Of a stretch of 64,000 nt of DNA, positions 13,351 to 27,299 are shown one piece after another (the first letter of the stretch is position 1; every line of letters starts with the position of its first letter). The notes beneath the pieces were generated by a model, which worked only from the letters and a program-made list of their open reading frames with translations, had not been told where the DNA came from and searched no databases. This DNA comes from Isurus oxyrinchus. Taxonomy: Eukaryota. The DNA lies in the NCBI GenBank assembly GCA_026770705.1, contig JANJGN010000034.1, forward strand, positions 3,782,001-3,846,000, written 5' to 3'. A program made the position numbers and the translations under genes.

Positions 13351-14110
13351 GTCCAAGTATATACATATAAGTTGATTCTTCTACTCGATGTTAACAAATT
13401 TGCAGGCAAGCCAAAAAGCGAATTTGAAAGTCATGCAATGAAACAAGACATTCGTCGGCTAGCAGAATGTAAGGAGAGTCGCAGCTTGAATTTGAAACGG
13501 GAAGGTACGAATTGATTAATTTAAGGAGAAGGGATAAGTTTACGCACAAAATGTTCAATATTTCATTTCTAAATGCTGTGCAGAGACAGATTATTCTGGC
13601 GTAAATGTGCATAGAAGCATGAAGCTGGCACGTCATATTGAGTGGGAAATTAGCTGAGATTATGGGCTGTTGCGCTTCATAAATAGTGATTAGGAATATT
13701 CATTAATATCTGTTTAGCCCATGACTAGACCATTGGATCCAAAACTGCTCGTCACAGTTTAGGAAAGCCGGTGAATAGGTGCAGATGAAGTTCGCCAATG
13801 TATTTCGGGCTACGAATTGCAATGTTAGGTTGAAGAAGTTCTGGTGTTATATCCTTGAAACTGAAGGAGTTATGGAGAGATTTGAAGAGGTGTCCTAAGC
13901 ACTGGAGGCGTTAGAGAAGGCAGTCATAGAAACCTCTTTTTGTCAACTGTTCGTACAATCATTAGAGAACACGGCTTTAAGATGTGGGCTTTCGATGCAG
14001 AGGGTCAGTCATGTATAACGTTCTCTGCATCGATTGGTATTGTACTTAACTCACTGCCTGGGAGCGTGCTGAAAGCAGAGGTGATGAGCAATTTATCAAC
14101 GCAAATTTGA
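10540..14110 (+). mobile_element. Cluster of old LINE fragments (L2/CR1-like then CR1 3' ends)
   Basis: NTLLDLAFTN (ORF 10654..10866), WKRANVTP (ORF 11440..11658) and degenerate CR1 C-terminal sequence to ~12600; paralogous copies at ~21110-23650 and ~32300-33150. Confidence 0.65.
13290..13346. repeat. (TA)n microsatellite
   Basis: Uninterrupted TA run. Confidence 0.98.
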
Positions 14111-14785
14111 TGGGCGTCTATTTCTCTCAGAATGGATTACATAATTCCACTATCAAAGACATGATTAGCTCCAGTTTTTGCCTTTCTTACTTATTACATC
14201 CTTGATGAAAGCATTCTCTTTGCTGAAAGTTTTAATCAAGCATATGCGATTCCTCAACTACTGAGAGTGATCTGTATTTTCAGATTAAGATCGGGAAATT
14301 CATTGGGATTTTTAAAAGCTTGACTTTTTTTTCATGGACTGTTGTTGATAGGAACCGATAGCATTCATTAGCAGAGATGGAAAATGATGGATCAGTGATT
14401 CCTTGCTTATTTATTTTAGCTGGAAAAGTGTGATGAAATATATGCCAGATTCTCCATACTCATATCCTCTGCTTCACAGTCAAACTCCAAAGCACAGACT
14501 GTAGTCTTGGTTAATGCTCTGCTGTATAACCAAGAACTACTCCAGCTTCGTAAGTGTTATTTTCCAAATGAGAATTCAAACCAAGGCCACGTTTCAACAA
14601 AATAACTTATACTCGATGGCACTGTTTTGAGGATGCTCAACAACAAGGTAATTCTCTGCAATGCCGAGTGTTACTACTTGTCTTTTAACTAATGGTATTG
14701 CAAATATAATTTACTTTGTTAAATTTGAGGCATATTCATCTGAAACAATTCAAGCTGAATTTGTTGCATGCTTTACAGTGCTGAC

Positions 14786-14821
14786 CTGCTCCACTGAACT
14801 TTTCAATGAGTCGTGCAATCT
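14786..14821 (-). CDS. 36-nt phase 1-1 microexon, (E)IARLIEKFSGA
   Basis: tttttcttttcctctctccag|AGATTGCACGACTCATTGAAAAGTTCAGTGGAGCAG|gtcagc; open; paralogous to 24216-24251. Confidence 0.8.
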
Positions 14822-17800
14822 CTGGAGAGAGGAAAAGAAAAACACGTTTTGTAACGCACGTTGAAATATATTCACGTTTCATCATTAAATTTAAACAAAA
14901 AGCAACATCTAAAAAATGCTGAGTCGAGGTCCAGTAAATTGAAGGTTTACTTTCGTGAATCATGGTATGGATCTGCGAAGAGCTGTCAAATAACTTTGTG
15001 CTTTCGCTCTTCCTCCGTTATTCTTTTCAGGTGCAGACTTTGGACTTGATGTTTTTCGATGCCTATCTATGCTCACGCCTTATAAATAAGCAAAACACTG
15101 AATATTGAAACGTTACATTCACTGTGAATTCCTGACAAAATTGATGGAATTTCTAGCAGAAAGATGCAAAATCGAAGCAGTCTAACCTTATTTCAAGGAA
15201 GAACAAGTATATTTGCCTTTTCTTCTCTGAGAGAAATTCAATGAGTGACACTTTGCTGCCTCATAATCATAAAGCTGATTTTTTTTTCCCAACAGATATT
15301 CATTCAGCTACATATTAAGGTTTCGCTTGAATCTATTCCGAAGACATTGTGGCAGCGCATTCCTTATCGCATTCATTTATATTTATGAGACGTCCAGCGT
15401 GCACTGATGCACGAGGCTAATAAAGAACCGACATGCATCGATTTTCATAGGCTGCGTTTGTCCTCAGTCTGCTTGCTAACCTGAAGCTAATGGCTGTAGC
15501 CTGAGGGTCAAAGTTCGGCATCAAGCATGGCTAACCAAAATTCCCACCCAGTCATACAACCTGCATGACGGTTGTTGGCAGGAAGTTGATGGTCAACATA
15601 TTCACCTGCCATATGAGGCCGGCCTCCATGGCCATCAAGCCAGTGCGACTGGAACATGTGGAATCTGGCTGCCCACTGTCCTACAATAAATCACTGTATT
15701 AATCACTCCATTCAGAGAAAGGACACGCCTGTTATCGCTTTTAATTGAATTGCTAACCAGATTGCATATGTTGTCTGTACTTCATTATCATTGAGCCAAT
15801 TACAACATTGTCTTCAGGTGCGATTTTAATGCCTGTATCAAATGTCCTCTAAACCTTCCCTTTTCGAAGTGTAACAGTCACAGTTTATCGAATCTATCCA
15901 GAAAATTGACGATTTTTCATTCATGGAACTATACTCATGAAAAGTCTCTGTGCCATCTGCCATATCATTATATTATTCCTGTTAAGTGGTGCCCAGACCT
16001 TGAACATGACTTCAGCTGAGCTCGTAATAATGTTTCATATTGGTTGACCATGACTAAAATACTTTTGCGCTCTATGTTTCTAACCATAAAGCCCACGAGT
16101 CTGTATGCTTCAATGGCCGGTAATGCAACGTGCCACAGCAACTTCAATGATAGAAGCATAGATGAAAAAAAATCAATTTTCCCCACTAGCACGTTTGGAC
16201 TTGCAAGTTTTCTTTTAAAATACATCTCATTCCTCCTAACAAATTAATCATCCGCTCTACTATAAATTGATTATCATCAGCCAGTTTCGATGCCATGTGA
16301 CCCCAATATATAAATCGACTCCTCCTTCTTTCGGTATACCAGAACACAGCTCTTCGTTCACGATAATTGTATCCATTTAAATATTCCTATTCCACCTAAT
16401 CACACTCCTTTAGCCCATTCAGGGTCTCAAATAGGCTGTTTTTGTTCAGGTTTTGCGAGCCGATTCTTCTGGTAGAGGCAAATAGAAATTATTTACTTAG
16501 TACTTACTTGTGAATATATATACATATGATATAGGGGCAGGATTCGAACATTTGAGACTTCCAATCTTCTCCTTAATTTCATATCATCGTGACTCGTCTG
16601 ATTATGGATTGAACTCGAATTCCCTTCAGCTGCCACCGCCCTTCTTCATCAATAACATTTGATTCAGTCCAGGCCAAATATCTATCTCCACCTTGCATAC
16701 ATTGGATGGTATAGGGTCAAATTCTCCTTGATATAGAAAACAAGCTTTCATACGTAGATCAAAGATGATTCCCATTTCAAAAATCCAATAACCTCCTTAA
16801 CAATGGATTAAAGCATTTAATTAATGTCAGGTCTTAGGAATTATGGCCTATACCTCCATGGTTTCAAACTCACTCGTCTCTAAAATCAACGTTTTAACTT
16901 TTCATGTTTACAGGCCGCTTTAACGTTTCCAGAATCAAGACATTGTTGTAGGCATGCAGCAGCTATTTCTGCCGCCACTTGTGAGAACTCACGTGGTTGT
17001 AGGACATCCAAAGCCGGTGACTTGTCAAGCCATTGTCCCATTGGCTTTCCAAAGACCTTTCTTCCTTCTTTAATAATGTCAGTGATTATTTGAAGTCCCT
17101 CTTTCTATTGTTATTTACCAGATAGCATTTTGTGTCAACAATCACGAAGACGTGTTCAAAATATTTTCCACGTACCTGCTAAAACCTTGCAATGCATTGT
17201 TATTCCATCAGTCTCGCCCACTGGGTGACTTGAGCTTACTTTGGAGCTATCTGGTGTGAAGCTTTTCCTATTTTACTTTTCATAGCACCTTCGTTAAACA
17301 GTGCATGATATATTTGATAATGGTTATAAAGAATTTCAATGGATTGTGGGGAAGAATGAAACTGAATGCATTTAAATGCACGCAACATTCCGAGTTAAAA
17401 TGACAAACGGATAGCATAAAAATACATAAATAATTATGATCTGAAAGCAAATACAGCGACATTGCTGCAGGGTGACACAGATTAGCCTCTGAATATTGAA
17501 GATCACATGTTAATTTATAAGTGAAGGAAGTTAGCAAAACATAGAGGCGTGGTTCTATTATTTAATTATGGTATTCTCACAATAGCGATGGTTGAACTAG
17601 GGTTTATAAACTATGATGCCTAAACGTTCAGGCAGAGGTTAGGACAAACATAAGGCAAAGCGTCGCGTGTGGGAGTGGTGGGCATATCTACACAGTTGGA
17701 GAATTATAAAGGAAGCAATAATACGAGTCTCTCGGAAAATATATCGATAGTTACATAATTTCTAAATCTACAAGGGAATTGGAAAATTCACATGGTCAAA

Positions 17801-19938
17801 GGATAACCTGGATGATGAGTTCATGGAATATTTTTGGAATAGGATCTTTGAAAAGCATGTTCTGGAACAAACAAAAAGCAGGCTATATGTTGGGCAAGAA
17901 AAACGTGTTTAATTCAAGACCTCAAAGTCAAGGACACCCCTCAGGTAGCATTGGTGATTGCCATTTACATCTTGTTTCAGGGTGAGAAGAGTGGGTCCAC
18001 GGCTCTTACTTGAAACGTCAGTAGGGAAATTTGTAAAGGCATCAAAGCGCAGCTAGCTGAAGTGAAAAGGCAAAACAGGCAATGTGGTAGGTGAGTATAA
18101 ATGTAGTTGTAACCATCTATAGGGGCATATCAGAATATGCCGAATACATACAAACCAACGAGGCAGCAAATATTCAGTTGAAATACCCACCATCCGTGGT
18201 TAGCTGAACACGAAAAGATAGTATCAAACAAAAGAAATATATATAATTGTGCAACAATGGATTGGACATATTATAATGAAACAGCGAAAAATTACAAAAG
18301 GGTCAAAAAGAAGTGGGTGAAAGAGTGCAAGAGAGAGCTAGATATAAATAAAAAGACATATTATGAGCTTCTATACATGTTATATAAAGAAAAAAAGTTA
18401 GTAAAATTAGCGTTGCATCGATAGAAAGAGAATCAGCGGCATAAATAACATTGACAGATGATGAATTGAACTGGTATTTTGCATCGGATATAACCAAACT
18501 CCCAGCAATAATTGTGAAAAAGGAAACAGAAGGGGTTCAGGCTGTCATGAAAACTCCAATAACTGGGCAAGGGGAACTGAACTTATGACTGTAGCAGGGA
18601 GATGACAAGACATATTCCAAATATCATTCCTCATTTTTACAGTAATGTGCTCCATGACCAATATTACGGCACCACCTCATTTTTACACCACTCACCTATG
18701 CGCCCTAACACCCCCACCCCCCCCAAACCCTCATGCACCTGCCTCGCCTGAAGATTATATATCTCAGAGAATTGAGGTGCGAGTCTGACCCCTCTGTATC
18801 CATGTCTCTTTGACAAAAATGATATCATCAAAGCCCTCAACCCATCCGCCTTCATGGCATGACTTTGTGATTAAAATAAATGCTATCCAGCCTTACCATG
18901 CTTCCTTGTGCCTTACTTGACTATATTCACCTTACCTTCCAGTCTGACTTGTTTTTCCTTCTGTATGTTGTCGGTGCTTGACCTCCTACTAATCTTCCAG
19001 TTCGCATCCCAGCCCTGCAAACGTACTTAACCGCCACCAACATCACTAACAAACCCACACACCCTAATATCCACAAGGATATTTTATTGGATGTTGACTT
19101 TTGGAAGTTAGATGACGGCTCAATGATCTATGCAACTATTTTACTACTTTTTGAGTGTTTTTACTCAACTCACCACAAACGTTTTGTGACAATATGTATT
19201 CAAAATATCCACACATACTGATTACTGTTTATGATTTTCTTACCGAAGGCACTTTCTAAACAATCATCATACGTAAACCATCATAGTAATGGTTAGATTT
19301 TCTGATTCTCCCATCTGCCTGTCTTCTGGAACTGTTATGTGCAATGGAATAAAAATTTTGCAAGCTTGATCACTTGTAAGAACGTAGATTTCAAAAATTA
19401 ATTCATCTCATTTTTTGTCATGAGTAATCTGTTTATTTGAGATGCCCTGCACGTTCAGATTACGTGGGTTCAGGTGCATTATTTTCTTCATATTATATGC
19501 TTCAACCTTAATCTGTAGTGCACCATTAAGAATTTGGGTGCTCACACATTGCGACTTAAAACTACGCGTGAAGGTAAGGAAATTGGCTACAAACCGAAAG
19601 TCAACACAAATCAGTCAGTTGGTTCACTGTCGCCTGAATACACAGTGTATAACTAATATTCTCCTCTAAGTGTCGCTGCAACAAATGCTTTAACTGTGAG
19701 CGCAGACTAATCAAAAGCATGGCGCAACGACGGCTCAGCTGTGCAGGGGCTCCTGAAGGAATCTGGAAAAAGATTTGCTGAGGGGTTTTAAACCCACCAC
19801 AAGTAACTTTGCAGGAAGTTGTATCGTCTGCATGAAAGCAAGGTTAAGTTTGTAATATTGATCTACCTAAATATCTACCTATCTATCCGTATTACTATCT
19901 ATGTCATCATCCAGATTAATATCTTCCTGACCGTCTAT

Positions 19939-20168
19939 NNNNNNNNNNNNNNNNNNNNNNNNNNNNNNNNNNNNNNNNNNNNNNNNNNNNNNNNNNNNNN
20001 NNNNNNNNNNNNNNNNNNNNNNNNNNNNNNNNNNNNNNNNNNNNNNNNNNNNNNNNNNNNNNNNNNNNNNNNNNNNNNNNNNNNNNNNNNNNNNNNNNNN
20101 NNNNNNNNNNNNNNNNNNNNNNNNNNNNNNNNNNNNNNNNNNNNNNNNNNNNNNNNNNNNNNNNNNNN
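19939..20168. other. Assembly gap (230 N) flanked by imperfect ATCT-like repeats
   Basis: N run with atctatc/atctacc-type repeats on both sides. Confidence 0.99.
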
Positions 20169-20219
20169 ATCTATCCTTCTACTATTCTTCCTGTCTACCT
20201 ATCTATCCGAAATACTTAC

Positions 20220-20246
20220 CACTGTCCTTGTCTTTTATCGTTTTGT
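20220..20246 (-). CDS. 27-nt phase 1-1 microexon, (D)KTIKDKDS
   Basis: ttaactttacattcttag|ACAAAACGATAAAAGACAAGGACAGTG|gtaagt; consensus donor; paralogous to 30637-30663. Confidence 0.8.
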
Positions 20247-22390
20247 CTAAGAATGTAAAGTTAATACAGATTGGTAATGCATACATAGAGTTATTGACCC
20301 GCGTTCTAATGAAGCAGAAACAAATAGTATCTAGTAGACTAAAGTGAAAAAGCTGCAGCTTTGAACACTACAATTCCAAAGGGCTGCGACATAACTCGCA
20401 ATGGACTGGTTCACTCTCATGTTACGTAGAATAAATAGATTCAAAATGGCCTGCTGATGAGAAGAATAAACATCCAAGTATCAGTTTGGGATTCATTATA
20501 TTACAACTCAAGGTGAGTTAGCTTACGATCTAGATCAAAATGTTAATGTGCAACACTGACACTTATGGACAGCTGATTAGACTGCACTTTTAGTTCTTGC
20601 ATATATATTCAAGCTGCAGATCGTACTTAAATGAAACTTAAGGTCGATAGCATAACTAAGAGGTGTTAGACAAGTGCAAGGCAAATGATTAAAAAAGGCT
20701 GAACAGGCTCTGGTTATTTTCGTTGACAGTTTGAATGCTGAGGAATGAACTATTGGAAAACAATATATAAAAATAAAATTATTTCAAGGGCCGGAAATAT
20801 GTTTCCATTTTTTGTCCCACATCAAAAACTAGGGCGCATCAACAAACAATCGTGAATGATTCCAACAGATGGGACAGCAGAAACAAATTTATCAGACAGC
20901 TGATGATATATGATGCCTCTTCATTCATGCAGTATTGGAATCTAACAGAAATAATTTTAAAATAAACCTGGAAACTGATAAAGGAAAACAAATGAAGGCT
21001 TCGTGAAGAAAATTAGAGGAAAAATTGCAAAAAGATATTCAAGGGTATTTAAAATGAAATGATCCAACTGGTGAAACAAAAGCCTAGAGGGGAAAAAATA
21101 ATGGCTCTTGACTTTGCGTTCACTAATGTGAAAGTCGAACATGACACTGTCCACGAAGTGGGCAGAGGAGTCTTTATTGCACAGTCCCAATGGAAAACTG
21201 ATCACTTCTTCCCTCTGTGAACACACTGTGTTGTTTGATTTTTCTAAGAGGCATCAGCACAATTACAAATCGGATAGTTTCAGAACAAATTTACAGCTCA
21301 GAACGGGGCATTCATGATTAGGTTTGAGTCAGGAGCTGCCACAGAACTGTATTAAACCATATCCTGCAACATTATGGTTCGCAACATCACTCAAAAGCAA
21401 TAGTCACCAGTGTACGTTGTAAATCCTAGTTCAAATAGTTGACAGGAGACCGTGTGTTGAATCACCACTAAGCATTGGTAAAACCAACTTGCCAAATTTC
21501 CGAAGATAGAAAAAAGCTCTGAGTGCTTGATAAACAGGGGAACAAGCTTACTGTTGGCAAAATGCAGCGATCTCAGAAAGAATAGAGCCCGTGAAAATGT
21601 TTTAGTCCTCTGAATCCGCAGCCTAGAATGGTGTTGGATGATGAAATTATTACCTGAACGTTGGTGTTCTGCAAACATTTCAATCCTCAGCAGTGCAAAA
21701 GCAGTGAAATTCAATGTGAATTAGAAGGCTGAAATAATTGGAAAATGTAATCAGATGGCAACTCTCGACGTCTTTCTGAAGGACTGCAGGATTTATCTTC
21801 TCTCCAGATGGTGTTAAAAAAAACAGCTGAAGGCACTGTTCAAAATCAAGACTATGGCCCTTCATAATAAAGCCACCGTGGTTTTGATAACCTATGCTCC
21901 GAACTAGCGACATACATAGTCAAGCTGGTGAATTGCTAAAACAACTCTATGCACTCCCTGCAGGCGTACAACGTTGCCCTGACATATTATTTCCACAGAG
22001 ATCAGGAAACAGTTTCCTTGAATCATTACCTCCTTAGATTCGGGGAAGGTTGCTTATGTTTGAGAGATGACACTGTCACCCAGTTATTCAACAAGTGCTG
22101 GAATCTAAACATTTAACAATTTATGTAAATAACCTGAAACAAGAGATGGAATGGATGGTTGCCTAATTTGCTGGTTTCATAAACAAGGAAAGGAAACTTT
22201 GAAGAGGATTTAAGGATGTTTCAAAATATATAGATAGGTTAAGCGAGTGGGTTAAGATGTGACAATTGGATTATAACGTGGGAGAATGTGAAATTACCTG
22301 ATTTGCAAGGCCGAATACAATATAAGAGTATTACCTATTTGGTTAGAGATTGCATGCCTCTGAAGTGCACAGTGATCTGGGTGCTTTAGT

Positions 22391-22494
22391 GAAGTTCTGT
22401 CGAAGGGTCATGAGGACTCGAAACGTCAACTCTTTTCTTCTCCGCCGATGCTGCCAGACCTGCTGAGTTTTTCCAGGTAATTCTGTTTTTGTTT
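22391..22494 (+). mobile_element. ~104-bp Penelope-terminus insertion with minimal hammerhead-like motif and 13-bp TSD
   Basis: TGGGTGCTTTAGT at 22378-22390 and 22495-22507; insert matches the 3' terminus of the GIY-YIG element at ~34720-34812. Confidence 0.88.
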
Positions 22495-24215
22495 TGGGTG
22501 CTTTAGTACATGGCTCTTAAATGACTAGGGTTCAACTACAGAAAATAAGTAGTAAAGCTATTAAAATGTTGCAATCATCTGCAAGGGGAATGGAATACAA
22601 ATGTCGTGAGGTTATGTTTAAATTGGACAGTTCACTAGAGAGAGCACATTTGGAATACCATGCACAGATTTGTTTACATTATTTAAGGTAGGTTGTAAAT
22701 GAGTTGGAAACAGTTCAGAGAAGGTTTGCCGGTCTAATTCCAGAAATGGGTGGGTTGTCTCATGAGGGCAGTTTTGACAGACTATGCATGTATCCACTGC
22801 AGTTTAAAGGAGTAACAGGCGGCCTGATTGAACCTTTATTATCTTGAGGCATCTTGACAGGCTGGTTGTGGAGAAACTGCTTCCTCTTGTGGGAAAATCT
22901 GGAACAAGCTTTCACTGTGCACAAAATTAAGGGACAACGCCCATTTAAAACAGGGATGCAGCAAATTTATATACATCAATGGGCAGTGAGCCTTTGGAAC
23001 TCTGTGCATGAACATGTGGTGGAAGCAGAGCCTGCATATCTCAAAGATGGTGCTGGGTCTATAATTCGTAAGCAAGCGTTATTGAGGGTACATGGGATGC
23101 AGATTTCAGGTTGCTCTCAAATCAGACAGGATCTTCTTAAAATGAAAGCCATATTGAGGGAGCAATTAGCGAAGAATATGGGATCTTGGACATCACAAAC
23201 AGAGAGACGGAAGATTCATTAATCTATGCTTAGGCCACCAGAAGAACACTGGTTTCAGCTGATTTCACCATACGTTAGGAAGAATTCGAGTGTCCCTCAA
23301 TAGGGCCAGATGAATTTTACCAAGCTGCTTTCAGAGATGAGGAATAAAAATTGCGATGTAAGGTTGGAGGAGCTCTTTTCTCTATCTTTGAAACAAAGGT
23401 GTTTATGGTGAGATTTGATAGCGAAATACAAAGCAATGGGGGTGTTAAATAAGGTTGACATAGACAATACCATCTTATTAGCCGGTCGTACAATGCAGAG
23501 ATGACACAATTTAAATGTATGGGCTTTCTTTGGACAGAACCGTAAAGTATAATGTGCTCTGCATCGATTTGTATTGACCTTTAACTCGGGGTTAGGAGGG
23601 TGCTAAAAGCAGAGACAATAACTAACTAATAAAGCAAATGTGATGGGCGCTAGTATATCCCATAAATGATTATATAACTCCAGTGCCAAAGGCACGATTA
23701 GCTCATGTTGAAGCATTTCGGGTCACATTAACATTTGTCTTCATGCTTGATGAAAAAAATCCCTTTCCTGGAGCTTTTAATCAAGCATCTGCGGTTCTTC
23801 CACTGCTCATAGGGATCTCCATTTTCAGATTCAGATCTGGAAACTCATTGAGTGTTTTTGATTTTCAAAGGTGACTTTTTTTTTACATTTAGTTACTCAG
23901 AAATGTTTAACAGCGAAATGTTCAACAGCATTGGACCGCAGACGATACGAAGCTCCAGAACTGATTTTCATATTTAGGAAATGAGGCATCAGATATTGGT
24001 GGAGTATCCATATCGGCTGTTAAAGGGTGAAGAGATGTATGTCAGATTTTTGCTACTCATACCCTATGTTTCCAGCTTACCTGCAATTCACAGGCAGGAA
24101 GACAATAGTCTGGCTTGATGTAAATATAAAATGTAATTCCCTTTGGTTATGACAAAGAGTATATTAATCATAAACACTTAACGTTTTAATGGCTTGGTGG
24201 CTACAATGTGCTGAC

Positions 24216-24251
24216 CTGTCTCACTGAACTTCTGATTGAGCTCTTCAAGTT
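24216..24251 (-). CDS. 36-nt phase 1-1 microexon, (E)LEELNQKFSET
   Basis: tttctgcttactccctttccag|AACTTGAAGAGCTCAATCAGAAGTTCAGTGAGACAG|gtcagc; open. Confidence 0.8.
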
Positions 24252-27200
24252 CTGGAAAGGGAGTAAGCAGAAATTAGAACGTACGTTAAATGATAACACA
24301 TGTTTTGCCATTGTAATTAAATAAGAAAAACAATACCAAAGAAAACACAAGTAAAAAAGAAAACTTTTGAGTCCTAGTCCGCTAGAATTAAGGTTTACAT
24401 GACCACCATGAGCACAGTGAATTAATCTGACAAAAGACGGCTAATTACGGGTGCGCTTCCAGGAGTTGATTGGGGTTACTCTGTTCTTCCCTTACTCATG
24501 ATGCCTGATGCATAATTTCTATTTGACGATTTGCGATGCTTATCTTCGGCACCCTTTACTAATGTGCAAAATTATTAACAATTGGAATGTCACATTCAAC
24601 ATGGTTAATGTCTAAATTGACGGAATTTCTCAAAAGAATCTGCAACACGCAACCTGGACATTAGGCTCTCCTTGCCTCTGAGCAACTTATCTCCCGACAC
24701 GCTACTGCCTTAGACCCATAAAGTTACACCATTTTGTTCTCTTCAGCCATTTGTCCAATTCCATATTAAGGCTTCGCTTGATGCATTTCCAACCACTTTC
24801 GGGCAGAAAATTCCAGATCCCTATCATTAATATTGAGAAAACCCTGAACACCCATTGAAGCATGAGACAAATGATTAAGGTATTTCCATCTATTTTCGCA
24901 ATTCCTGTTTGTCCTCCACCTGGTTGCTCACCTGAATGTAATGGCTGTAGCTTGAGGGGCAAAACTCCCTCTGAAGAATGGCTAACCAGGATTCTCCCGT
25001 TCATGCAGTCTGCATTAGGTTTGTGGCAGGATTTCAAAGTTAATAATTAACATCTTTGCCCACAATACCAGAGCGGCTTCACTTTCATGAAGCCCTGGAG
25101 TGCGACTGCAGCCTGGGGATTAGGCTATACACTGTCCCACAATAAATCCCGGCACTAATCATCTATTTTAAAGGAAGGTTTTTCCTCTTATTGGTAATGC
25201 TAAATTTGATAAACACCTTAATGTCTCTCCTCTATTTTATCATAATTAGGCCGATTGCAACACTTTCTCCCATCTAGTCTGTGCTGACGCTTCGTCATTT
25301 CAAATGTTTCAACAAATCTACACATAAACTTCCCTGTTCGAAGGCAGGCTCCCCCTGCTTAACCTCCATCCAGCTAATTGAAAATTCTCACGCATGGAAC
25401 CATTCTCGTGAATCTTTTCTCCTCCCTCTGTAAGGTCATGTTATTTTTCCTGCTATGTGGTGCCCACATCTGGAACATCACTAAAGCTGATTCTGGACCA
25501 ATGTCCTATATAGCTTTACCATGAATTCCATTGCTTTGCATTCTATCGTCCACGATACATCCCACAAGAGTTAATGCTACTTTGATGCTGACAAGACTTG
25601 CCCCAGTAACTTCAATGATATATGCAAATATGAAACAGGTCCAGTTTCCCCTCTAGCACTTTATGGCCTTGCAAGCTTTATTTAAGTTACATGTCCTTAT
25701 TCTTACTAAGAAATCTAATAATCAACACTTCACAGTATTAATTTTCTTTTCCCATTTCGACGCGATGAGTCCCTAATAATTAAATTGTTTCGTATTTCTC
25801 TCGCAATAATAGCATGCATCTCATTAGTTCTTGCTACGTATTCAAATTTCCTTTTTCCTATTCCACCTAATCATTCTTCTTTAGCCAAAGTGTCTCAGAT
25901 ATCATTTTTTTGTTTAGAACTTTGCGATCAGATTCTTCCTTGGTAGAGGCAGACAGAAAGTGTTTAAATAGTACATTCTTAAGAACATATAGACATGTGA
26001 AATAAGGGCAGGATTAGACCATTTGACCCTTGCAACCTGCTTCTCAATTTCATATGATCATGGCTGATCGGATTTAGTCTTAACTCGACTTTCCTGCGGC
26101 AATTGCCCCTTCCCTTCCACCATAAAGTTTTGACTTTATACCAGGACAAACATCCAGCTATCTCATCTTGTATACGTTAAGTGGCATAGACTGATTGCTC
26201 TTTCCTATAGAAAATATAGCTTTCAAAAGTAGAACAAATAGGATTTCCGTTTCATTGAACAACATTGATTTTTTTCGAGTCGACCATCTTTTTCTAACTG
26301 TAATGTTATAACCTCCTTAATAATGGATCGAAACAGTTTATGAATGGCAGATTTCAAGCAAAATGGCCGGCGTGTTCCTGGTTTCTACCTCCATGATCTC
26401 AATAATCAAAGTTTTACATTGGTACTTTTACAGGTTTTTGCAACTTTTCCCAAAAATCTGAGATTTTTTGAAAGCTTGCGACTACAACAAGAATAAATTC
26501 TGCTGCGACTTTGGAGACAGCCAGAGGTTCTAGTACATCTAATATGGGGTGTTGTTCAGCTGTTGCCCACAGCCTATCGATCGACGTTTTTCTGTCGCTA
26601 ATTATGGAGATTATTTGAAGTCATCACCAAATATTGAGAGTTTTGGATGATTTTTTGCGTCAACAATATTTAAGGCAATAGTTTCTCCTTAATTCTGTTA
26701 TACCCTTCTTATACAATATTACTTTCCCAGCCTCCAAAACGGAATACCGATCGCTTAATTTAGCAGCTATCTTCATTGTTATATACTCGGATGAAGCTTT
26801 TCCTGTTTTATTTTTATATAACATTTCGTTAATCAGTGCATGATGCATTTGTTAGTAGTTATAACATATAACCAAAGGATCATAACGAAGAATGTAACAT
26901 ATTGTATCCAAATGCACACAGAAGTGTAAATATAGCAGGAGAGCTGATTGCTCAAACGGAAATAATTAAGTATGATTTTACAGAAGCTGCAAACATATGG
27001 CTGCAGGCTGGCTTGGATTAGTCATGAATATTGAAAGGTAAATGACAATGAAGACTTTCAAGAAATAATGAAACATGGTGGTTTATTCCTGCAAAATAAT
27101 GATGACATTAATATAAATGAGATGGCTGAACCACGTATAAGAAAAAGTGGCATTTAAGCAGTTCGATGCAGATTAGAAATTATAAAGGCAAGACGAGACT

Positions 27201-27299
27201 TATTGAAGTGGTGCCCAGGTGTACACGATTAGAGCAGTATTAAGGAGCCTTTCCGAAAAGTAAGGCAAAAAAACAAAGAAGCTTACAATCTACACTGAT

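Larger units (their letters stand above)
9175..18610. repeat. Degenerate tandem segmental duplication, copy A
   Basis: By-eye colinear similarity: 9175-11460 with 30820-33150; 10690-14460 with 21110-24070; 14780-18610 with 24210-28160. Confidence 0.85.

Noticed and set aside
20220-20246. Naming the coiled-coil gene SYCP1, CCDC158 or butyrophilin/BG
   Set aside because: Only short generic coiled-coil resemblances; no diagnostic domain, Ig exon or B30.2 exon seen.
19819-20250. 143-aa ORF
   Set aside because: Artefact of reading through the N gap.
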